A DNA stretch of 64,000 bases from Vicugna vicugna (taxonomy: Eukaryota). The notes under the pieces are model-generated. The model was given only the letters and a program-made list of their open reading frames with translations, was not told the origin of the DNA and did not search any database. The position numbers were made by a program, and so were the translations under genes. Position 1 is the first letter of the stretch. The number at the start of each line of letters is the position of its first letter. Below, one piece after another: positions 38,726-52,069 of this stretch. The DNA lies in contig MU058337.1 in NCBI GenBank assembly GCA_013265495.1, forward strand, positions 560,001 to 624,000, read 5' to 3'.

Positions 38726-40071
38726 GAAAAAGGAAGCCAGCAAGTTCTTTAAAAGGGGAAGAGAAAAATGAAAGTTTAGGTCATTAAAGATTTAACTGAC
38801 TAGTCAAAGTCAGAGAGAACAACGCCATCAAATGAACTTTTACAACGGCCCCGTGGAGATATTACCCCAGCCATTAACCTATCTTCCTCATTACACTAGG
38901 CAACTCTCAGACAGGCTGTTGGTAAACCCTGTACTTTTGAGAAACATAATTGGATAATGGCTTGAAAGTGATTAGAAGGATCATTGGATAAGACAATCTG
39001 CATTACTTACTTGTAAAACCATAGAGCTCTGAAATCTGTCAGAAGTTAAAGCCCAATGATAGATACTTAGGGAGAATATCTTTCCTTAAGAGGCAGAGCT
39101 CTTCCTTAAGAGCAAACGAGAGTTACCATCCTGTGAATCTATGGAGACTTACTATGCATAAGTTATACTGAGTAACGCTCTCCCATTGAAAACTTCTGGC
39201 GTTGAAAGCCTATGTCACATATAAAGTTGACCTGGACCCTTCATCAGTATTCACAACGCAAGACTAAGTGGATTATGAGACCTGCACAGCTGCTTCTGAG
39301 TTGTAGGCAGCTCCCAGCAACAGAAATGATCACAAGTGTCTGACTGTTGTTGGAGATTATCAAAAGCACAGAAAAGCTAAAGCAGAGTTGGAAGTTTGAG
39401 AGATTAGGGGGGTATGCTTTGGTGACACTTTCCAAGTAGTGACCATAGGCTACTGCAGTTAGGCTTGGAAGAGGGACTTGAGCTGTGTCTACACACAGCC
39501 GTTGATCTAATGGGGGACTGGCTAGTTTAATTAAGGTTAGTGAACAGTTCTTAAGGTTAAACATTATATTTATTTCTAAATTCCAAAGACTTTTCTATAT
39601 CTGCCAGTCAGTTACTGTTGTTTATCAATTTTATTGGTAGTATGGATTTTGAAATTTTACACTCCTACTTTCAAAAAAAGATTTTATTTCATTTTCTTCT
39701 ACTTGTCTATTTGGTGTTAAAGATGGAGGAAAGTATATTCAGGGAATGATTCAAACTGTTCATCCTCGTGCTTAGTAAATGTTTCTGGAGATCTCAGTAG
39801 AAAAAAATAAATCTCAGTAATTTTGTTCACGTCCTAAATGTCTTTGAAACTACCAGATAATATTAATTTATTGTGCCCCTTCACATTAGGATATTTCCAT
39901 AGACAATCCCTAGTCCTGAAAACGAGTCCCAGTTACAGGTATGTTATGTACGTTTATTTTTACTTTGTAGAAGAAAAGCCAAGAATCACCGTAATAAAAT
40001 AACTTGCCGCAAGTGTACAGTATTTAGCCTGTCAGGACCACAATTTTAGAAACAAACTATTTATTGAACTC

Positions 40072-40230
40072 CATTTATTGCATGCTTATTATAGGCCATA
40101 TACTGTTCAAAGCACTATAGATGTAATGTCTAACTTAATTCTGAAAAGAATCTTATAGGGTATGTATCATTGACCCAATTTTCAGTTATGAAAACTGAGG
40201 CTCAGATAAGTGAGATGTGCCTTCAGGTCC
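40072..40230 (-). mobile_element. MIR SINE
   Basis: catttattgcatgcttattataggcca...cccaattttcagttatgaaaactgaggctcagataagtgag. Confidence 0.8.
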
Positions 40231-43200
40231 ATCTGTCCCCCACCTGCTCTTCTCTCTGTGGATCAGGTCCTCGGGAGTATTTGCTGGACGACGGCCCAGC
40301 GATGGTTCCTGGGAGTCTTGGCTTTCTCATGTCTCTCTCCTGAATACATGTCTGCCCACTCTTTAAGCTTACTCCTTCTTGCACAGAAATGTAAAAATGA
40401 GAAAAACACTCTGTAAAGATTTAGCACTGCCACAAAGTATATACGAAAGTAGGATATGATTATCATATGTAAACAGAGAAAGCTTCTGTCTTAAATGGCA
40501 TTGTGGGACTGCTCATCCTCACACACATGCACACGCACACGTGTAATGTATGTGATTTACATGAAATGACCTTTAGCAGCGCCCATGCAGCTCTTACACT
40601 GTGATGTGAAAGTACGTGATACAGCTGATAACATTCTCCCTAACCGTACGCTGCTGATGCAGTTCTAGGATACTTTTCAGAAGGAACACAACTGTCCCCT
40701 AATTGATATATGATACGTGACATCCTAGAATATTCTGATGTGAACCTTGAGACCAAATCTTGACAGTTTTTATAGAGCATTTTAGGACAATGGAATAGCA
40801 TATAATAAGCAGTCATTACTGCAGAACAGTAATTCGGGGCTCAAGTCCGCCTCTGCTGCCTGTTTACGCCTGGATGTACAGCAGGGGGAGGGAATCTTGG
40901 GCCCTTCGTTTCTTCTGGCCCTGGGGACGAGTCACAGGAAGTGACAGCCATTTATACATCTTGTCACAAAGCACACTGTTACTTTAGAAAAGCTACCCTA
41001 GGAGGCCATGTGCTGGGATTTCTGGCTTGTTAATATTTTTTTCTGTTTCTGCATACATGTGACATTTATTTTCTTAGTATGTGAGGGACGCACATCACAG
41101 GGTGGTCCTCTGTCACTTTCCACGTGTGACTCTCTCTGTTTATGCATATTTCCTCTTCTGTTGCATTTTCCCTCTAACTCTTTTGCTCCTGCGTCCTCCT
41201 GCCCCCACCATTCCTAATTCTTTCTGTTGTCAGTTGCCTGCTTCTTTTATGGATAACGTAAAATAAAATTATATAAAAAAACCCCTCTGAGTTGCTTTTG
41301 GACTCTTTCTGTAATATGAAAATCAGAATGAATTTGTTTTTACTTCTGCAGATTTTTTGATCAGATGCCATTAAAACAAAGAATGGGACGTGAGTCCACA
41401 TTCTCTGCCTTTCCATGGGCTGTTTTAAAGCCAATAGATGAAATAAATATATGATACCTTTTAAAAGTTTTGTTACATTCACTTTATTGTAGTGAAATTT
41501 GTCTTGTGTTTTAAACTGAATCAGCACTCTGAATGTTGCTTTAGCACGAAGGTATCAATATGTTCACAGTATGAGAGGAAATTTTTCTTGTTTTACATAT
41601 ACAGATATAAAATCTCTCATAGGTTAACAACAATTATCAAATACTCTGTTTGACACTTCAACCAGCAGCTTAATTCTGTACTGAGTATACATGTCATTAA
41701 CCCAGACAGTATTTGAGCCAGCAGATTCACTACAGATTTTAATACATATTTCTCCTATCCTTATTACTGCTAATAGGCCTATATTTTGATGTGTTTTGTA
41801 GTATAATTTCACTGGAAAGAAAATTAATTTCTAGCGACCTAGTCATACATTTTCTTTGTCTGATTTTCACTTGACTTAAAAAGGAAATGTTTTGGTGAGC
41901 TCATTGTTATCTATGACTTACTCTTTTGCAAAAGCAAAATTTCTAACACATCTGCTAAGCCATTGTTTGCCTCAGGTTGCTGTCTCACATGAAAGATGTC
42001 TGTTTTTTTGACTTCATCACTGGGGATGATACAGATTCATCTTAGTAACACTGCCCCCAGTGAGATCTACTAAGGTTCTCAGGTGGCCATTAGCCGCAGC
42101 GCCCTCGTGCTAAGAGGGGGTGAGGACTGTACAGAAGCTTATTAGAGCTGCACCTGTGTCTGCAGTTTCAGCCGCCTCCTAACTCAACATGAAGAAGAGT
42201 CATCAAGCGTAAACAGTGGTAGCCCTGAAGGAGCTGTTATGTTTGATCTTTCTGTTCTTTATGCTTTCTTTTTTTTTAATTTTTAAATGAGCAAAGAAAG
42301 AAACCCAGCTAAAATATAGCTATTTTTATAAAAGAGAGTAATGTGACCTACATAGAGGAATTTAAAACAGCTAGTTGATTAGACCCTAAAGGAATGTGAT
42401 TTGTCATAGACGTAGTATGTTCCACAAATATTTATAAAGGTTTAATAATAGCTATTCTCTAAATATTTCATTCCTTTTAAAATCATGCAAATCTAGGTAA
42501 TATTTATTAATTTAAATATTTATTAATTTAACAGGCTTAAATAAACTAAGATGATATTTCAGGACCATTCAGTGAGAATGGGTTTTATAAATGATGCAAG
42601 CAAGGTATCTGTTTTCATTTATTATGAATGTAAAGCATGAATGGACAAAAATTATATTTACTAAGTGGTATCATGAGAAACCATTTATTTTTTAAATCTG
42701 TCCTCATTTTTTAAACCTATCCTCATTTTAAAATGTATTTTTAAACAGTGTTCCTGTGTGTTACACTAGACATACACATACACATTTACATACGTACACA
42801 TAACTGGAACTAAACGGATAAATATTATGTAAGTGGACTTGCAAGTTTGTGTGGTAAGCTCTAATAGCTAATCAAGATAACATGACACTTGATTATGCCA
42901 TTGCTTCTATAACCAAACTATGTTATTACCATCCACATTAACCTGATACTGAGCCTTGGAATTTTGTTGTTAGGTAAATATTTTAAGGAGAAATTTAGAA
43001 ACGCCATTGGACTGGATTCACTCAGAACAGATTCTGATGACACCCAGCTCTTCGGAAATGGGTATTTATGGTCTGTTGAACATTCGCAGTGCAGTGAAAA
43101 TCTTTAAATTGCAATTAACACAACAAAGCTGAAAAATGAAGAAAGTTACGAGATTTTAGTCTCGCCCCTGCTGAGCTGCTTGTGCATGTGATGGTGGGGA

Positions 43201-43788
43201 TTTCTCTAGTATTCTAATCCTAGAAACCTATGTTCTTCTCATTCAGTGATAACTCTCATTCAGAGAAATGGCAGATGTGTCTACTAGGTATCTCTTTCAT
43301 TGGGTGAGGAGCAGCTCTTGTTTGAGAGAGCGTTTACTAAGGATGCAGTAATTTGCACTGACTTGAAATGCAGGGACTGGATGTCCTCTGTGCATAAGCT
43401 ACTCCCAAGTTGTAAGACAAATTGCTTTATAATCTGTCTTGGTTCTTTCAGTCTAATGGCTGGAAAACTACAATGAAACATAGCTCTCCAAAGGGCTTGA
43501 CTTCAGATCACATAGTTGACCTCAGCAAAGAGAGTATTTTGAAACTGTAAACTTCGTTAAAGTGTGTCCCAGTACATCACTGGGTATTTTGCACTGTTCC
43601 GACTGATTTCACTGATCTTGATCATCTGATGAATATTTTTGTGATAGAAGAAACTTCTCAGCATTAGCTATTATGCTTTACATGTTTGACAACACCGAAT
43701 GGCCATTTTGACATAGTCACAATGATTTTTAGGGATTGGTTTTAAGAAGTCAAATGTGCTTGGTTTTCTGTTTCTGATTATTTAGAAC

Positions 43789-43922
43789 TTATTTTTATAT
43801 TTTTGGGGGGGAGAGAGGTAATTAGGTTTATTTATTTATTTTTTTAATGGCGGTATTGGGGATTGAACCCAGGAACTTGTCATGCTAAGTACACACTCTG
43901 CCACAGAGCTACGCCCTCCCCC
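43789..43922 (-). mobile_element. Vic-1-type camelid tRNA-derived SINE
   Basis: Reverse complement reads GGGGGAGGGCGTAGCTCTGTGGCAGAGTGTGTACTTAGCATGACAAGTTCCTGGGTTCAATCCCCAATACCGCCATTAAAAAAATAAATAAATAAACCTAATTACCTCTCTCCCCCCC. It has Pol III A/B boxes plus the AACCTAATTACCTC tail I recall for Vic-1. Confidence 0.9.
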
Positions 43923-44024
43923 TCGATTTTTTTTTTTACATTACTGTCACCTAGATGATAAAGTCCCTTCATTAGAATATTTTACCAGGTATCGATGTTT
44001 AATTCTCTTGATCGATCTTTCTAT

Positions 44025-44095
44025 GGTAGATGATAGATGGATAGATGGATAGATAGATAGAGATATGAATGTGGATATAGATGTAGACATATTTA
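44025..44095. repeat. (GATA/GATG)n imperfect microsatellite
   Basis: Direct. Confidence 0.85.
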
Positions 44096-45339
44096 TAGAC
44101 TTTATATAAATAACAAGGCTTGGCCTTGGTGGTGTAGTATCATGCCATCTAGTTCCTTTCCTAACATGCCCAGGTTTCATAATATTTCTACCATAGCTGA
44201 AGGAAGTGAGAAATAACACAGAGTGGTCGCCACAGTGGGGAAACTTCCTAGATGTTATGGTACTCAAAGTAGTTGCCTAGCAGAATTTCCCAGAGCTCAT
44301 GGAACAGAAGGTTTTGAAGAACAAGCTAAGAAGATCAAATTGCTCAGGTTGTTACACTATTTAAATGTATGGTGCAAAGCAGGAGGAAGAAAACTTTGGG
44401 TAACACACTTAGGATAGGGAGCCAGTAGGGTGCCAGCTTTTGATCAAGGAAGTAGACCTTTTGGCCCATGATTGGGAAACTCATCCAAATGGCTGGATAT
44501 CTGGGAGTCCTGTCTTTATATAACTGAATAATATTGATGTGTTAATTCAGCGACCCAAAATAGTAAATATTTTACTTGTACAATATGTATATTTCTGCAT
44601 ATTTCCCTATAACTACAAGTATACAAGTCAATGACAGAAATCATTATAATTTTTCTAGTAATGTCAATTTCCTGCTTTTTTATTAATGTTGTTTATTTAA
44701 GACAAGTAAAAACAGGCCTCAGGGCTTTAAGAAATATTTTTGAAGGAAGCTTAAAATGGAAGAAATCCTATCTGCTATTTATCTCCCCAGTGAACTGGGA
44801 AGGCCTGCTTTTTATTATTTGCTTTTTTTAATTTCAGTATGGAATTCTTCAGTATAGATCCCAGATGTTCTGAAAGTCCATAATCTGAGAACCAGTGATT
44901 TAGTCTGAAGAAAACAATATCAGGACAACTAAATAACTATTTCAAGGCTATAAATGGACATTATATGGAGGATGACATCTAGTGATACTTAATTTACCAG
45001 AGTCGCTATTTTTATCCATTGAGATCTGATTGGTGACTAATTCTTAGGGGAGGAGGAGGAGGTTTAAGAACACTTTAAATGGACATTCTCTTATTTGTGC
45101 GATTTTTCTCATTTTTTCATTTCTGCTGTATTATGTTTAGAAGATTTTACAACATGTATGAAATGGTTTCAAATAATTTGGTGGATGCCAGAAAAAATGA
45201 TGACTTCATTTTTCTCTCTTTCAGCTAAAACTTGAGGCCTATTAGAAGGGAAAAAAGTATCAAAACAGATGTGCTCATTGTTATTCTTTGCAGCGTCCAC
45301 GAAGACTGGCAACCAGAGGCTGGAAAATCTGTAATTATT

Positions 45340-46082
45340 TTTCTTGTCTCAATTCCCTCTCTGAAAGCCTCATAATGGTTTCTCATTGCCCCTCAGATAT
45401 AAAGAAAACTCCTTAAGAAAATTTACGACTTCCTTTTTTAAAATAACGTTTAAAATTGCATGAACAAACCCATAACATAAAATTTACCTCAGCCATTTTT
45501 AAGTGTACAGTCCTGTAGCATCAAATATATATGTATCGCTGTGCCGCAGATCTCCAGACCATCTTCAGATGTTCCTTGCCAAGCTGAAACTCTGTACCCA
45601 TTAGACAGCAACTCCTTATTGCTCCCCTCCAGCCACTGACAGCCACTATTCCGTAAGACTCTCTTGACCTGACTCCTTCCTCTGCTGTCTGATTTTTCCT
45701 AACTCATCTCAAAGCCTGCTTTGTAGGCACACATAGACTCTTTACATTCCCCATTCAAACTCTCATTTCTGGATTTTTGTTCGTGTTCTTTCCATTGATT
45801 GGGACACTCTTCCCCCATCCCTTGTGTGGTTAACTTCTGACTCAGTTTTCACATACAGACTTAAAAGGCTCTCCTAGATGGTGATGTACACCTAACTCTG
45901 TGATCTTATATGCACCTTGTATTTCCAACCATTGCAATAAATAGCTTTAAAATTTCTTTTTGACAGAACATGAGCCCTTTGAAACTAAATGTTAGCTATA
46001 TAAATAAGAACATCCAGTCTTTCCCATCATTTTATTCCCGGCACCATAGCACACACTAAATACTTTTTGACTGAATAAATGG
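45340..46082 (+). mobile_element. L2 3' portion interrupted by an L1 fragment
   Basis: aatggtttctcattgcccctcagatataaa...actcctta, resumes cttgacctgactcc..., ends taaatactttttgactgaataaatg. Confidence 0.7.
45433..45651 (-). mobile_element. L1MB-type 3' end nested in L2
   Basis: cataacataaaatttacc...ccatttttaagtgtacag...ctgaaactctgtacccatta..caactcc...cagccactgacagccactattc. Confidence 0.85.
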
Positions 46083-46610
46083 GTTAGTGCTCAAAATGCC
46101 TAAATTTAAGTTTTATTTTGTTGCCTACTGGTTGTATGCCCTTGGGAACATAAAGATAATTACAATGACAACAACAATAACAATCATTACAGCAATAATG
46201 ATAGTGGTAGCAAGCTGCGGTCTCTGACAGTTCAAAGCACTTATTATGTCCTAGACGTTTTTTAGCCCTTACTTACATTAACTCGTTAAATCTTCATAAC
46301 AACTCTATGCAGTAGGTACTATGGTTATACCCATTGTCAGATGAGGAAAGAGGACAGGGATGTTAAGTGACTCATCTGAGGTCACACGGCTCAAAAGGAC
46401 AGAACCGTTCCTGGAATTACACATTTTGAATCTGAAGTCACGTTCAGAAATACTACCGCTTAAAGCATTGGGGCCCCATTTCCTTATATAGTAAGGGTTA
46501 TTATAACCATTTCAAATATGGGTGATGAGCCTTAAATCTTCTAATCTATGAAAGCTGCTTAGTACAACGCCTGGTATGTAGTGAAAATTTAACAAATGAC
46601 AGCATCTTCT
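46082..46610 (+). mobile_element. MIR split in two by an oppositely oriented MIR
   Basis: 5' part ...cctactggttgtatgcccttggg (to ~46150); 3' part ccccatttcctta...cttagtacaacgcctggtatgtagtg...aacaaatg (46461-46610). Confidence 0.55.
46195..46460 (-). mobile_element. MIR SINE
   Basis: cttcataacaactctatgcagtaggtactat..atacccattgtcagatgaggaaa..gttaagtgactcatctgaggtcacacggct. Confidence 0.85.
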
Positions 46611-47517
46611 GTCATAATGTGTGTCGAGTGCCTGGCTCAGTGCTTATAATGATGGAGGCTTTCAGTAAATGTGAGCCCCTTTCTTCCCTCTCTTCCTCTT
46701 TAATTAGAGCAAGTCACAGGCAACTACTAGTGCAGAGAATTAGGTCAGGAGCGTATTGCAGTGGCTACCAAGAAAATGAGTTATAACTGGAACGAACTGT
46801 AGAAGAATAGCACAAATTTAAGAAGAAGACAACATCCTGTAGCTGAGTGCTAATACTTTCCTGGGATTGTGATAAAAATGTCTGGCATTTAGATCATGCG
46901 TGTAACTTTGAAAGCGTGTTCACATTTTTCGTATCATTTTTACTCCATAGCTGACCGTGAGAGAAAGGATACAATATCACAATTCCCATGTTATAAAGTG
47001 ATTTGCTGAAGATAAGAATAGTCAGGTTACAGAGGGGAACTAGTGATTGCATTTCTAGAATACTTGTTCTGTAAAAACAGAGAGCAGAAGGAGAAACTTA
47101 ACAACTGAGTAAGCAGGTGTAGCTGGCACTGCCCAGGGCCGGTCAGGAGGTGCCCTTACTGCTGTTCATAGTCTCCCGTATCTCGTTCACTATTTCTTTT
47201 CTCTCCCAACAGCAAGCATCACATTGATTGAAATACTCCTCTTCCTTGATCTCCAGAGAAGGAGTTCTTTCTTCTCCTCAGGGCTTCCATAGTCCCATTT
47301 GTTATGCATATGTGTAGGTGTGAAAATCAAATGTATCCAGTTGAAAAAAATGAGAAATCTACCTTGATGCAGTGACTATATATACATGCCTGTGTGTATA
47401 AATATATACATATATGTGAGACAAAGACCGACAGGCTGGCATACTTGATACGGTTCGCTTCTGTGACTGAGCTGTCCTTTGCTCTACTCAGCCTCCTTTA
47501 TCAACTGCATTAAATCA

Positions 47518-47959
47518 TGTATTGGTTTCCTGTGGCTGCTGTAACAGAGCACCACAGACTGGATGGCTTAAAACAACAGAAATGCATTGTCTCACAGTTC
47601 TGGGGGCTTCAGGACCAAAATCAGGCTTGACTTTTTCTGAGGACTCAGAGGGACAGTCCGTTCAGTCTCTCTCCTAGCTTCTAGTAGCCCCGCACGTCCC
47701 CTGATGTGTCCCCTTACAGACACATCACTCTAGTTCTCCGCCTCACTCGTCTCCATGTGGCACTGTCCCTGCGGGTCTGTGTCTGTATGTGCCTGTCTTC
47801 TGCAGTCATACTGGATGAGGGGCCCACTCTGCTCCAGTGTGACCTCATCTTGACATTGCATTTATAATGACCCTCTTTCCAATTGAGGTCATATTCTGAA
47901 ATACTAGGGGTTAGAGATTCAACATTCTGGGGGAAGGAGGACACAGTTCAACACATAAA
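47518..47959 (-). mobile_element. MLT1 (MaLR) solo LTR, MLT1B/C-like
   Basis: tgtattggtttcctgtggctgctgtaaca..accacagactggatggcttaaaacaacagaaat...gaggtcatattctgaaatactaggggttag...acacagttcaacacata. Confidence 0.9.
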
Positions 47960-50900
47960 GAACAGCACCAACAGCCGCGCCCAGTCACGCTGCACCAGGG
48001 TGTGCTGCTGTTGCCTTCTGCAGAGACCTCTCTTTTCCATTAATTTGTGTTTTAGGAAAGAAGGAAAATATAAGAGTTAATTGTGTCTGCTGAAGATAGA
48101 ACCTCGTAGTGACCCTCCCTCTTCACCGAGTGGAAGATGGTTATAGGATTCGATTACATAGACGGGAATTATAAGCAGAGTTACAACAAAATGAATATTT
48201 TGCTTAAATTATTTCCTCCACTTGCTGTGTTTAAAAGATGTGAAAATTACTTTCATTTTTAAGTTTACAAAATTTTACTAGCATGTTATTGATAATTTTA
48301 TGTTGATTATATTCATTTCATATTTCTATTTTAGTCATGCATAGTTGTGGTTAGAATGCAAAATAACTTGGCATGTTGGAATTATAGATTATTGCTAGAT
48401 AGACATTTCACACTCTAGAAAACATGACAAAGAAGTAATTATTGTAACTTGCTCTTGTTTCACATGAACTAAACAGCGTAGTAGTATCAGGATGGACTTT
48501 TCATTTTCAGCAGAAGACACATGGAGAGGAAAACCAATAGGCCTGAGCAGAAGCATTCTGGGAAGAATGACAGGTCCTCTGGGAAGACATTAATAGGTCC
48601 AAGCAATGAAGTCCCAAAGAAGCGGGCGAGGTAGATACCATTTGAAGGTAGCTAATTGAGGCTCCAAACAGAGACTGGCTAGAGATGCTGAGCAGGGAGG
48701 GTGGAGAAAATAAGGCAGAGTGTCGGCTGCTGGATTCTGCAAGCATTGAAGGGCTGGGAGTAGCACCTTGCCGGGCAAGCACCAGCTAAACCAGGCAGTC
48801 CTCCTAGAATAGTTAAAAAAATGGGTCTGGACTCATGAGAACCGGATTCACGTGCAAGAATCAGAGACATGCATGGATCCATTCCCTCTACCAGTTTTTC
48901 TCAAGATGAAGGGGTTTCCTTAAAAGACAGCTGCAGGTGGCTTTCCCAGCCTTGTAGTCTGCCATCTCTTCTTAAGCTACTGACTCCTCACATAAGAAGA
49001 TAGATAGTCTATTATAAAACGCACAAGCACCTTTCATATCTTTGCTCAGAAACCACGTCTCCCCACCAGGCAACTGACATCATTTGTAAAAGTCATCCTC
49101 ATCCTCTCTCAGACTAGATATTTTAGTGTGGCTTTGATGAGTCTTGCAACTTAAAGGTAGGGTTTTGGATTTTGTTCTTTTGAAATCTGTATTGAGACCC
49201 CAAATAAAACAATTATACACCTAACCTTTCTTCCCATTATGCATAAGAATTTATTTTAAACATGCATTTTGGGAAAACCAAAAGTATGGCAAGTATAACA
49301 CGCTTTTTATTGACTCAGCAAATGAGTTGCAATAAGATAATGATTGTGCTGAACTGTTTGATAGCTTTGATGGTTTGAAACTAATGAATAGGGTGGTGTC
49401 AATAAAGCAATGGAAAAACTGTATTCTGGGAAATATTCAGTTTTGTCAGCATAAAATATTAATAGTTTATTAATAGTTGCATAGGGAGGGAAAACATAGA
49501 TAAGCAGGATATTTGAAATTAAAATCCAGTTGGAGCTCTTTTGCTCTTTTTAACCTATTTCTATCACATGTTCTGCTTGTATTGGCTCAGTAACATAAGA
49601 GAGTGGCTGCAGCTTGGTGCTGCTCCCCTCCTGTCATTTTTGCAGGCTGGTGCTGGGGAGATGCTACTCTCAGTTGGATATATAAATGAGATTACCGAAT
49701 ACAGAGATAGTTGACTTATCTCCCTGGTGAGTCCCTAAACAATTGATACTAGAAAATGATTTACCACCATTCGTAAGGTTCAAAAAAGAGATTATCCAAG
49801 AGCTAGTAACATTGAGGATGATGTATTACAAAACTCAAGATGATTTTACAGAATTTTTCAAACTGACTCCTTTGAGCATACAGTTTGAAAAAAAAACCCC
49901 TCAGAACAGTTAAGTGCTGATTTGACAGATGCTTTATTTTACCAATCATGCAATAAAACTCCTAAAAGGCCATCTTAAGGTTTTAGGCCTATCCACCAGT
50001 GACAAAACCAATAATTTAATCAATTACATAAGGGAAAATCTCTGTGTGTGTGTGTGTGTACACGGAAACATACATTCACCTAGTTTTCAAAATAACTGAA
50101 AGAGATACCTTGGGAATAATGATATGTACAGCTCTTTATATGTGTAATGACTCTTCAAAGTTTTGGAGACAAAATTTGAGAGACAAAGACAAAATTCAAA
50201 GTATTTTTAGAGTTAAGGGCTGCATTTTACAGATCTCTAGCTTACTAGTGTCTGTTGAATGAACAAAACTAAGACCAACTTGTTAATTAGAATGTGAAGC
50301 TGTGTATAATGTGCCTCTTCACCTTCCCAAGTCAAGCCTCTGTTACGGTTATGTCCACCCTCTCCACAAATCTTACCCCCCTCCCCCTGCAGTAACATTC
50401 CTGGAAGGCCTTCCTTCCTCACCACTAACACAGAGACCTCACGTTATCAGCCAGGCCTGGTAGCTTTTTCCCTCCCTCCCTGTGTTTACCTCTCACTGCT
50501 CCCCTCTGCACACACCGCCCCCCCGGCCTTGCTCCTTGCGTAAACGTGTGGACCACATCTCCAATCTGCCCGAACCTTGAAGATGGCGAGGCTTTTGTGT
50601 TAACATGAGTCTTTAGTTTGGAATCACATCTGCATATAAATTTCTTCTTTTACAAAGTACCTCTGAATGAATATTTGTAGTGAAAGATAACTGGAAATTA
50701 AAGCACATGTCAATTTATAGCCTTTAGTACGAACTTATTAAATGAAACCTGTGATAACAGTGCATCAAAGAATTCGTGAGACTGTGAAGATTTGTGTGAC
50801 AAATGTATCTAATGTCACTACAACAAAATCAGACCTTAAACCTTTGTATGTGACCAATTGACTTCATAATGCACTGAGTCTTCTGTCCTTGTTTATCGTC

Positions 50901-51304
50901 TGAAAGAGAAAGTACGGATCTTGTTTCTGAGGTTAATTGTTGCTTTCACTGCTCACACACCCTCTTTTCTTGCACTCATGACATACCTGTGAAAATGGAT
51001 ATTCGTGGTGTATGGACACAGGGAGCAATATAAATGGTGACTAATCCCTGGAGGTGTTTAATATAGTTAAACACGCATGTTAAGTAAGAGACAAACATTT
51101 TTTAGTGACAGTTGTGAGGTTACAGAAGTGTGTCAGGCCTGCCTAGACTAACATTTACTTTATTTTTTGTTACATATGGAGCCTTCATCCTGATTTATGT
51201 ATTTATGGTTTACACGTATCTGTATTAATGCTTTATATGTATTGACATTAAACTAATTTAATATTTAGTCATGAATGATTCTAATAGGAGTCCTCATGCT
51301 ACAC

Positions 51305-51475
51305 CTTTGCTCCTCGAAGGGCAGTCTGTGGACCAGCAACATTGTCATCACCTGGAGGGTTTTGTCAAAAATGCAGAATTCAGGTGCTGCTCTCAATTAC
51401 TTAGTCAAAATTGAACTTTAACAAGAACCCCTGCCCTAATGCTTCTGTGCATATTGTGGTTTGAGGGCTGTTCTA
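51305..51475. mobile_element. MER5A-like hAT-Charlie MITE
   Basis: gtggaccagcaacattgtcatcacctgg...aaaatgcagaattcagg...tttaacaagaacccc...ggtttgag. Confidence 0.8.
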
Positions 51476-52069
51476 CATCTCCATGAAATGTTCTCTTTGT
51501 AGATGTGAATTAGTATTTGGTTTTTAAACATTGCCATTGTTTTGGGGTTGTTAGAGCACCTATAAAAATAATTTAATATTTTTCATTAAAAAGTCTAACT
51601 TCTACCTGGCAGATGGAGATTTTACTCTGGAGTCACACAGATGAAATATTACAAAGAAACATTAAACTCAGTATCTTTCATAACCCAAAAGGCAAAGATT
51701 TCATTAGATACTCTGTGTAAAACAGGCCTAAATGTATATCCCTGAAAGTATGTTCTTTCTCATTAGTGACCATTTTGTTGTCATGTCTATATTTTATGTA
51801 GAAATCCATTAAGACTGTCATAGAATTGTATATAAATATAACTTTTGAACAAATGAATTTGCTGGATCTGATTTCCATTGCTCCTTTGGAAAAGGGCTCC
51901 TGGTGGCACTGCTGAAGATTTTATGTTCTGAGATGAGTGCTACCAGCCAAAACTTTGGGGCCAATTCTAAGTCTGCAGTAGACTGTAACTTTTCCCTGAG
52001 TGTGTACATACGTGTGCAAACACGTGAAATCAAGCACATTTAGAATCAATTGTGAGCAGCTCTCAGTTT

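Noticed and set aside
42499..42530. Perfect 16-bp tandem duplication aatatttattaattta
   Set aside because: Ordinary slippage in AT-rich DNA.
43850..43922. tRNA-like sequence on the minus strand
   Set aside because: It is the tRNA-derived head of the SINE, degenerate and followed by the SINE tail; not a tRNA gene.
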